DNA of 64,000 nt, taken from the NCBI GenBank assembly GCA_963693365.1, contig CAVNZM010000006.1, forward strand, positions 9,241,355 through 9,305,354, read 5' to 3'. Position numbers and translations under genes: made by a program. Source of the DNA: Amoebidium appalachense (lineage: Eukaryota > Protista > Ichthyosporea). Under the pieces are notes generated by a model. It saw only the letters and a list, made by a program, of their open reading frames with translations. It was not told where the DNA came from and ran no database searches. This document shows, one piece after another, positions 55,054-64,000 of the stretch. Positions within the stretch are counted from its first letter, which is position 1. The number at the start of each line of letters is the position of its first letter.

Positions 55054-56376
55054 CGCGCGTGCGTGCGTGTGTGTGTGTGTGTGTGTGCGTGCGTGCGTGC
55101 GTGTGTGCGTGTGTGCGTGTGTGCGTGTGTGCGTGTGTGCGTGTGTGTGTGTGAGTGTGTGTGTGTGTGTGTGTATGTGTGGTGTGGTGTGTGCGCGGCT
55201 TGTACATATGTACGTGTTCATGTGCACCTGTGTCGGACCTACGAAGTACATGAAAGTAAATTTTGACAGCATCGATCTGCCGGTGTGTATGTGTATGTGT
55301 GCCAGTGCAGCAGGTGTGCCTTGTAACTGATAGCTTCGCATTTTACGTGTGTGTATATATAGTAGTACGCATAGACACTTGCTGATCATTCGGATCGACA
55401 TTAATATTTAATCTGTCGGTCCTCGGTTTTTTGAGTGAATGATGATCAAGTGTAAGAGCATTCACTTGGCAAGTATTAATGTTGCAGAGGCTAGCTGCAG
55501 CTGCAAGCGTCGGATGCACACTGACAATTGTCTTTTCAGCGAGTCTAACCTGCAGGCAGCAGCTGCACACATATAGGGTTGTTATCTTGCGGCACATGCA
55601 CGGTGATCATTTCAGAGTAATAGAGTTCAGAGCAATGAAAATAATGAAAATAACTAAACTTTGTGACTACTTTAAAGTTGCTGAGATCATACGTGGTGCA
55701 AGCTGCACTATGAACACATGTATAGTGCTAGTAATTAATACATTTTTGTTGCCTTCTGCAGGGTTATCGTAGCTACGTCACGGCCTGCACTCAGGGGGGG
55801 GGAGGGGGGGGGAGGAGGGGGGATGATTCGAAGGGGGTATAAATAAGAACATGCACCTAAAGGTCTTTCCCGTGGATCCTCCCCCCTCCCCCCCCCACCT
55901 CTCCCTCCCCCGGGGCCCCATACTATGATATCTAGGCCCAATATTATATGCCCCTTCCCCCCCCCCCCCTCCTCTCCGGATCCCCGGACCCCACTTCCCT
56001 ACCCGGAGGCTCAAGAGCTCCCCCTTCCCCTTCCCCCCCTCCCCCCCCCCCCCCAAGGCTTACGGGGGCCCTTCTTCATCGAGGGGAGGGGGTGGGGGTG
56101 GGGGGGGGTGGGGGGAGGGGGTGGGGGGGAGGGGAAGTGGAAGGCGGGGGTGGATGCATGTCAGCCTAGGTGAATTCAATTGTTTAACTCCAGTGTGCAG
56201 GACTGGTCTGAAGGCTTAAGAAAACAACGAGGAAATGGGGTCCAGTGGAGGTGGTGGTGGTGTTCTGTGTGTGTGTGTACACGTGCACGTATGTGTGTGG
56301 TTTTTTTAAGGGGTGAGTGGTGGTGGTGGTGGTGGTGGTGGTCACCGTGGTGGTGGTGTGTGTGTCTGGTGTGTGT

Positions 56377-56422
<46 letters not shown>

Positions 56423-58056
56423 TAGAAAGAAAAACTGCTCGTGGGTCACTGTTTTTCGTCACTGTATTTGTAACGGGCCGCTCATATTTATATAACTACT
56501 TTAATTTAAGTACACGTGTTCATTATCATATACGATGGCCAAATATAGAAATTTTGGCGTCGAAGTTCTTGGAGCTAAAAAAACGTTTAAAAGGGGGAAA
56601 TAATAGCTTGGCCCCAAATTTACCTTGCCGTTTTTAGCGAATGTATTTTTTATTCATGAGTTCTAGTGTTTCAGTGAGTGCACGTGCCTGCCTCAGGCTG
56701 ATCATGACAACTGCAACACACCATTCCTACATGGATATCAACCAAAAGAAAATAGTATATACTGTGGTGGTCTCCTAAACCTTGTGCGGCATGCGCATAC
56801 ATGATATTACAGTGACGCATGTGCATATTATTGTTCTGTACACCGGAGTGTGCCGGTGCACGTGGCTGTTTTGTGCACATGTTACAATAGCAGCACGATC
56901 TCCCTAAACTCCATGTTTACATATCCCTCACCCTGGCTCTGCCTTGTCGGTGCTCCAAAACACACATACAAATCCCCCTAGACTCAGTGCCTGCACATGG
57001 TCGCATTCACGTGCAGGTCACGTGACACATGCGATGCCATACTGCCGTCTACAGCAACAACCACGGCAGCATGTATACCGGCCCAGCACGAGATATACTT
57101 ATCGGCAGCCCACTGAACTCGCCCATTTTCTCTTTTTCATGTATGTCCCTCCTTTTTTGTAAAATCACCCTTTTTGGCCTCCCGGTAGTGGATTTTGCAG
57201 GATTTGACTTCTTTGAGGTCCAAAAACCTCAAATTTTCCCCGGCGGGGCCGGGGAGGGAGAATTCAAAAATTGCCCGCTCCTGATATGGTACCCGGGCCC
57301 ACCAGAACGAAAAACTATTCCCCTACCCCCTCTTCCAAGAGTAAGTATGTTTCTTTCCCCTTTCTGACGTCAATGCGTGCCTTTTTATACCTTTTATTGT
57401 CCATCGCATCGTTGAAATCCCCATCCCATCGCATCGCGGAAATCGGTTCCTCGCTTGTGTACATTTCCGACACGGTGCTTCGTAGTTCTAGCATGCTGGC
57501 GCACATGTCTTTTCTCACCACACTGCCTAATAAAACACAGAGAGGAAGGATTTACTGATAGAGGATGGAGCACAGGCCCTATTTTGTGCCACCAGTTTGG
57601 CTTTCTTTTCCCTGCCCTTGCGGCAGGAGCCTGCTTATGTGTTGAAGCGAGGACTCATCTGGATAGGGGTTGTTTTAACTTAAACGATCTCAGTCTGCCT
57701 GAACGTTGCCAGTTATGGAGTCACAAAGTAAAATATAACATCAATGACTACATTGACTACTAAAGCTAGGTATGAAGATAAATTCCTTGGAGCTATGTCA
57801 CCCAGACCCAGCTGAGAGCCCCCTTTTTAATTAAATTTTTTTGTCGTATAAGCATACACTGAAAGTTTATTAGTTACATGCCTTCTCCCTGTAACTCGAT
57901 GATGTGCGGAGCACTGACCCCAGTGGAGCACCCCAGGCGGTTTCACAAATCCTTGTTCTTCTCTTTGCTTTTTCTTTTTCTTTCTAGCCAGGATAAGGTT
58001 AAGAGCTGGGTTTCTAAGCCGCGTTTCCCTCCGCAGCACGATTGTAAGCCGACAAG

Positions 58057-59397
58057 ATGGCGTCCTGTGAAGCTGAGCAAATGCGCCTGCAGAACATTGA
58101 GCGCAACAAGCAGTTCATGCAGTCTCTGGGCCTGACCAACGCTGTTAAGGTAGCAGTTAACTCTGGTTGCTTTACATCCTTCCATCCATGATTCGTGCAC
58201 ACCCGCCTCAATTCATTTCAGCCCTCCTTCTCCTCCTTCCCCCCCCCCCCCTGAGACCGCTTTACTTCCATGCAACCGGGCATGGTTGCTCTGTGTCGTG
58301 CATCTGTAAGCACATACGCATTTTTCGCTGCACTGCATTAGTTTGCACACACATCTATCTGCACCGTTTTGCTCACATTGCTTGCATAAGCAACCCTGCT
58401 CGTCTTTGATCAAGACGGGTTGACCCGCCCAAGTTCAGTTGATGCTGCTGTCTGAGTTGGAGCGTCGTATATACGCGGGCTAAGGGGTCGAAACTCAGAC
58501 GCAATTGATGACTTGGGTCCTCCCTGAGGATGGGCTCTGCTTATGACGCATACTGTGCACATGGCTGATGTTGCATACTTGAATGTTTGCCTTTGCATGT
58601 GTCCTGCACCATGCTTCTCGTCGTGTATGCGTACTTCGTACCGTTTTCCGCATTCAAACCCCCCCCCCCCCCCCCCCCCCCCCCCTTCCCTTTGGGCTCA
58701 CCTTTCCGCCTCCTACTGAAATTGCTCCCTAACGAACATCCGATGATTGAGATTTTTCACCGGGCCCCTTTCTGCCAACAAAACCAGGGCAACCATAGGG
58801 CTTCTCTGACGCAGATATCCCTTTTGCTTGCAGAGCATGCAGCAAATTGCACAAAAAGATGCCGCTCAAGCTCGTCCCAGGGCTAAGGTTGTAGGGGAGC
58901 CTCGGAAGTCATCCCAACGCAGCATGCCTGGTGGGTCTTACAAACTCCCGCCTCCCCTTCTCCCATTTTCCCGAATATGCATACAGATCATATCTGGTTT
59001 CGGAAGCCACCCTTTCCTCTCTGCCCCCCCCCTCCCCCCCCCCCCCCCCCCCCCCCACACACACACACATGCACGCACACACAGACCTAAAAAAGGAATA
59101 AGGTCTCGGCAACCAAGGGTGCAGAGGACGGACAAAGGAACACATGTTCGCACTAAGTTTTATGTTTTTGCTGCTCGGCTTTGGACACCTTAGTTTCGCA
59201 ACTCCCCTTCTAAAACTTTCGGAAGCAGTTAGCTTCCTTTTTTTTCCCCCTCTCATTTCTTATGACTGCTTCCTTTTTTCACCTTCTCGCTCTGTTTTTC
59301 TTTTAGCAAAGGTTTCCAGCTAGTTTGTAAAGACACATTGGCTTTTCCATAGCATCCATACGTAGTAAGTTTCCATGCCTATTTATATCTGCTTTCC

Positions 59398-59428
<31 letters not shown>

Positions 59429-60261
59429 AAAAAAAAAAAAAAGAAAGAAAGAAAAGAAAGAAAAGACACCAAACAACAAAAGACACGAGGTGAAGTTTTT
59501 GATTACTTGAACACAGAATCGCTGCAACCTTAAGATTATCCTTATGGGCTTTTCACCATCAGCAACACAGCATGTCATAGGGAAAAATAACACGATGTGT
59601 GCCTCGCCAACATAGATATGTGTTCTCAGGAAGCAACAGGGAAGAACTAACAGGTATTTGTATGATTCACAGAGATGATGCAATCGCGCCGGCGTTCATC
59701 CCGTCTAGAAGGCACTGCCCCCAAGAGCTACAAAGAGGATCAACTCGAAAAAGTATTTCTCCCCTCCCTTACCCCCCCCCCCCCCCCCCCCCAAACATCC
59801 CCCCATCCCTTGTCCCTAAAAACACAGCCATCTTAGTCCCCCCCCCCCCCCTCCCCCCACCCCTGCCCCCCTTCCCCTTCCTCCCCGCGGTCTTCCTCTC
59901 AGCCAGCCACTAGGTGCATGGTGCCTCTAGTTCCCTCCGTAGCTACATTGGGGTTGCCTGGCATGTGTGTTGTCTTGTGGTAGCATAAGTCTCTTTCAAT
60001 GAAGGCAAACATCCATTGCAACCCAATTCTACCACTGGCAGACTTAATACCAAAAACAATAGCAGGGATCATCGATCTGCGAGGTTACGCTTTCTGTTTT
60101 ATGTTTTGGGTAGCTTTTTGCGACTTGGTATCCCTTAAGCCACACACAGCACACTGACCAATCAGTTCATCTGCAGATCGAAAAGCGCATCACACGGGGT
60201 GGCCGTGAAAACGAGCCCAGACCGGAAATCTACGAAGAAAAGCACATCCAGGCCTTGGGTA

Positions 60262-60297
<36 letters not shown>

Positions 60298-60865
60298 CCA
60301 CCGCCGCCGCTCCCCGCCCAAGTGCTCCCCTGCAACTCTTCGTTTTCTCCTTCCCTCCGCATTACTCAGCTATTCACCAATCAACTCACCCCGCCGCTAT
60401 TCTCCCCCCCCCCCCCCCCCTCCCCCTCCCTCCTCCCCGGATCTTTGCTCAATGTTTTAACCCACCAGGCACGTTCAAAGAGGAGTGGCAGCTGTTTACA
60501 GACGGCTTCAAGGTGGCTGGGGACATCACCAGCAGAATATACGACAAGGGCACGGGGGAGACATGTCACCAGGTAGGGCCCTCCTGTGTGCGCATCATTC
60601 TTTTCGCTCTCAAATTTAGCCTTTCTTACACTACCCCACCAACCGTTCCTATGCACGAGTACATGTGAAGGACTTTTTGTATGGGTGTCCGGTTCACGTG
60701 ATCAGATTTACCCTGTGCGGGGCGGATTTGTTGCGAACTGAACTACATATCCTCACTCCCCCTGGCTTTCCCTTGCTCTGTTTCTCTCTTCCCTTTCCCC
60801 AACATAGCAAGCCTGCAATAACCCTGAGTCAACACCCCATACGATATATCCGGTACTTTGAACCA

Positions 60866-60902
<37 letters not shown>

Positions 60903-61268
60903 CCCCCGCCCTGCCCCGCCCAACACGCAAAAAAAAAAAAAAAAAAGGGAAAAAAAAAAAAGGGGGGGGGGGGGGGAAAGAGGGAAAGAAAAAACACCAA
61001 CACGTGTATGCCAACCAATATTCTCTTCCCCTTCCAGTGCCGGCAAAAGACCCTCGGTCTGCGCACACGCTGCACCATCTGCCATAACTGCGACAACCAC
61101 AACCCTCACTGGATCGAGAATGATTCCCCCTGCACAAATTGCGACTCCGAGCCCCCAAAGAAAGGCTTTTTCTGTGGTGACTGCCTGTGGATGCGGTATG
61201 TGTGTGCCCCATGAGCATTTCTTTGCTGGACCACTAGAGTCATCCCCCCCCCCCCCCCCCCCCCCCCC

Positions 61269-61333
<65 letters not shown>

Positions 61334-61428
61334 TTGTTGCGTATTCTGTGTGTGTGCTGTGTTTGCAAATTCTGCAGTGTGTTGTCCGTAGAAAATGTGT
61401 ACTTCGTACTCCGCAACACATCCTAATC

Positions 61429-61462
<34 letters not shown>

Positions 61463-61783
61463 TTGGGATCGGTTTTCCTATTCAAGTACCCCCACCAAGG
61501 ATTGATCGTCCATTGTGCCATTGTTCAATACTTTGTGTCTTCTCTTTGCAGCTATGGCGAGAACGTCAAGGAGGCACGTGCAAATCCAGAATGGAAGGTA
61601 TGCATCCTGCGCTGCTTATTTCTTATTCCCCCCCCCCCCCCTCCCTTTCCGCCAACTACACACACACACATACACACACACCATCCCTTTTCATTCGAGA
61701 AAACTCTGTCTCATGTTTTCATGTTGCTGTCCGATAGTTCCTGATTTCCATCCAGTGAGCTGCAGTATGTTCATCGTTTGCCA

Positions 61784-61814
<31 letters not shown>

Positions 61815-62965
61815 ACGCACGGGTTTAGCATCTAGTTTTTCCTCCTCTTCCCTTGGCAACTTCCCCCCCCCCCCCCCCCCCCCCCCAAATGATTGCTCAT
61901 AAGTACTACATATTGTTTTAACGGCATGATGCGAAAGACTGAGAAATGGAAAGCAGAATTCTAATGTAGCCCATGAAGGCTTTAGCTGGTGTACTCCCAA
62001 GGACGTCTATACTCCTCCCAACTCATGAATCATGTGCTCTCTCAATATTCCGTTGTGGACGCAAGGCTAACCCTTCGTCTTCTCTTTCCTTCCCCCTCCG
62101 TGTGTGCACACACACACACATACGCACACACACACACACACACACACACAAACCACACACACACACACACACACAGTGCCCCGTGTGCCGGGACATCTGC
62201 AACTGCAGTGCGCAAGGCTGTCTGCGCAGCAAGAGGCAGTGGGGGCCTACGGGCACCATGTACCGCACAGCCCTGGCCGAGGGCTACCAGAGTGTCGCAC
62301 ACTACCTCGTCTACACCCGCCAACGGTAAATTCCTCCCCCCCCCCCCCCCCCCCTCCCCTTCCCCCGCGGCCCCTCTCTATGCATCATTCATATCCCCCA
62401 TATCTTTTGCCACGTCCCCCCACCCCCTCCCCCCTGGGGGGGGGGGGGGGGGGGAAGACGAGTGTTCCCCTCCACGCGTCTTTCATTATCTTAACATTCT
62501 TACCCCACCATCCAACATCTTTTGCTGCTTTCCCAAGCATACCCTCCCCCCTTCATCACATTTTGCCTCACCAGTAATGCACACCCTACCCCCAAAATCC
62601 TCTTGCAACTGCCTAAGAGAAACCACATTCAGCAAGTCAGAACACCTCCCCCCCCCCCCACCCCCCCTTTGCTCCTTGTTTGCGTACCGACTTTTTTCAC
62701 CCATCCACAGTGTGACATCGGCCAAGTGTTTTCTCGTTTCAGCATAGGGCTGTGTTTGGGCACCCGTATAGTAGTCTGTCCCGATGGCTGTCATATGTAA
62801 GGCCAAATGAATCCCCCCCCCCTTTCCCGCCCCTCGCACACAATCATATTTTTCCCTCCTCCCCCCGTCTCCCCTTCCACTATGCACTAATATCTCTTTC
62901 CACGCAGGCACATAGTTGAGCAGGAAGAGAAGGAGAACCAGGAGGCAGAGGAGAAGGAGGAGTGA
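58057..62965 (+). CDS. CDCA7: CDCA7/JPO1-like zf-4CXXC_R1 protein. Exons 58057-58149, 58834-58930, 59673-59752, 60177-60258, 60469-60572, 61038-61195, 61552-61597, 62177-62325, 62908-62965
   Basis: N-terminal AEQMRLQNIERNKQFMQSLGL helix; RRRSSRLEG; PEIYEEKHIQALG..EWQLFTDG; RIYDKGTGETCHQCRQKT...GFFCGDCLWMRYGENV...NPEWKCPVCRDICNCS...GPTG.MYR.A...GYQSVAHYL. All introns are GT-AG and in phase. Confidence 0.93.
58252..58658 (+). repeat. Dispersed structured intronic repeat, copy 2 (CDCA7 intron 1), bounded by poly-C; shared part starts at 58327
   Basis: Near-identical to 18832-19144. An extra 75 nt lies between the upstream poly-C (58239-58251) and the shared part. Confidence 0.9.
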
Positions 62966-64000
62966 GCCTGCTGGTAGACGGCATGCACCAACTCTGAGCT
63001 CCCAGGTATCAGATGTCATATCGAACGTTCCTATATTAGGTACAATATTTGTATGTGTATGTAGATGTGCAAGTGCTCTGTAAATGGTTTGTCTAGAGCA
63101 CTAGGCAGTGATAGATGGGATTTTAGTGACTGGCCGCGCGATCCAGAGGTGTCACGTGTTGCTTGGGAGAAAAAAGTTTTGTGCAGACTTGCATGTTTGA
63201 AAAAGTTAGTTGTGGATCTCTGTTTTGTGAGAACGAACTTGCATTGCACAGCACAAAGATGAGACGTTTGGATGGCCATTGAATCGATGGGAGGTTGTAC
63301 CAATCATACCAAATTTATATCTTTTATAAGGCTATGTGCCGTGGAAAATGCGGAAAGTTTGGCACTATTTGTGGCGCTGTTTTTTATACGAAATGCACGT
63401 TTGTGTTCGCAAAACAGCGCTCAAGCACACACCATCAACCCGCGTACCTAACCTGCACCTAAAGACAAGCAAATGTGCTTGGACTCAAATATAGTGGGCC
63501 TGAATCCCTTCTCATAATCTTAGCCAGCTACCGCTTTAGCCCCCTTCTTACCGGATTCCGAAGAGTGTTGCGTGATAATGAATTTGATACAGTATACCGT
63601 TATATGAAGAAGCCCCAATAAAGCTGGTGAATATGTATGGTGAAGTTATGGTGAAGCCCTGATAAAGATTCGTGTGGCCTCTTCAGTCGTTGTTACAGTC
63701 AGTGACCTGTGACTGTCGTCATCAAAAAGCGGGAAGGGGGGAGGGAGGGGGGGGGGGGGGCGCGCGAAAAGAGCCAAAAATTCAAGCGCCCCGGAGAGGG
63801 GGGGAGGGGGGGGGGGCAGCATATATGGTGTATAAAGCATACACCATATATGCTGCCCTCTACACCTCCTCTTCTACACCAACCGGATAGACCAACTGGG
63901 GCCAAGTGGCCGTGATGTGACATATGAACTTGAGGTCGACGACCCATGGCCACGACGTCGGCCTACTGCATTGCTCATGAATGTAGATTGGACTGAAGCA

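Noticed and set aside
48060-57400. Terminal inverted repeats for the exonuclease-transposase element; a possible MITE at 55789-56205
   Set aside because: Only weak matches were seen, and the flanking (CA)n/(TG)n tracts are ubiquitous. No TSD was found.

Overview
Eukaryotic, very intron-rich genomic DNA; the organism cannot be identified from this window. Introns are packed with poly-G/poly-C and (CA)n/(TG)n tracts, so almost all ORFs in the supplied track are microsatellite artefacts. All gene models below were built by eye from splice signals and protein motifs. Genes reconstructed: a partial small minus-strand gene (60-1441) head-to-head with an S4-domain MTRES1/YlmH-like gene (1730-3030); a ~38-exon divergent CYFIP/Sra1/PIR121 gene (3915-~29092); an intronless GLUT-type sugar transporter with two frameshifts (31641-33093); an LRR pseudogene (38926-39954); a CDGSH/NEET gene fused to a His-containing ~4-TM domain (43422-47159); a spliced transposase-like gene with a DUF6729-type domain and an inserted WRN-like 3'-5' exonuclease (48979-54549); and a CDCA7 zf-4CXXC_R1 gene (58057-62965). 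The most interesting signals are: (1) the exonuclease-carrying DDE-like element; (2) three 33-39 bp CA[AC]GGCC palindromes, two with 7-8 bp TSDs, that resemble P-element excision footprints and cluster upstream of the transporter; (3) a structured ~310-400 bp intronic repeat family whose copies share a 3' end at poly-C and differ at the 5' end; (4) an in-frame 60-bp templated inverted insertion in the CDGSH exon; (5) the 4TM-NEET fusion.
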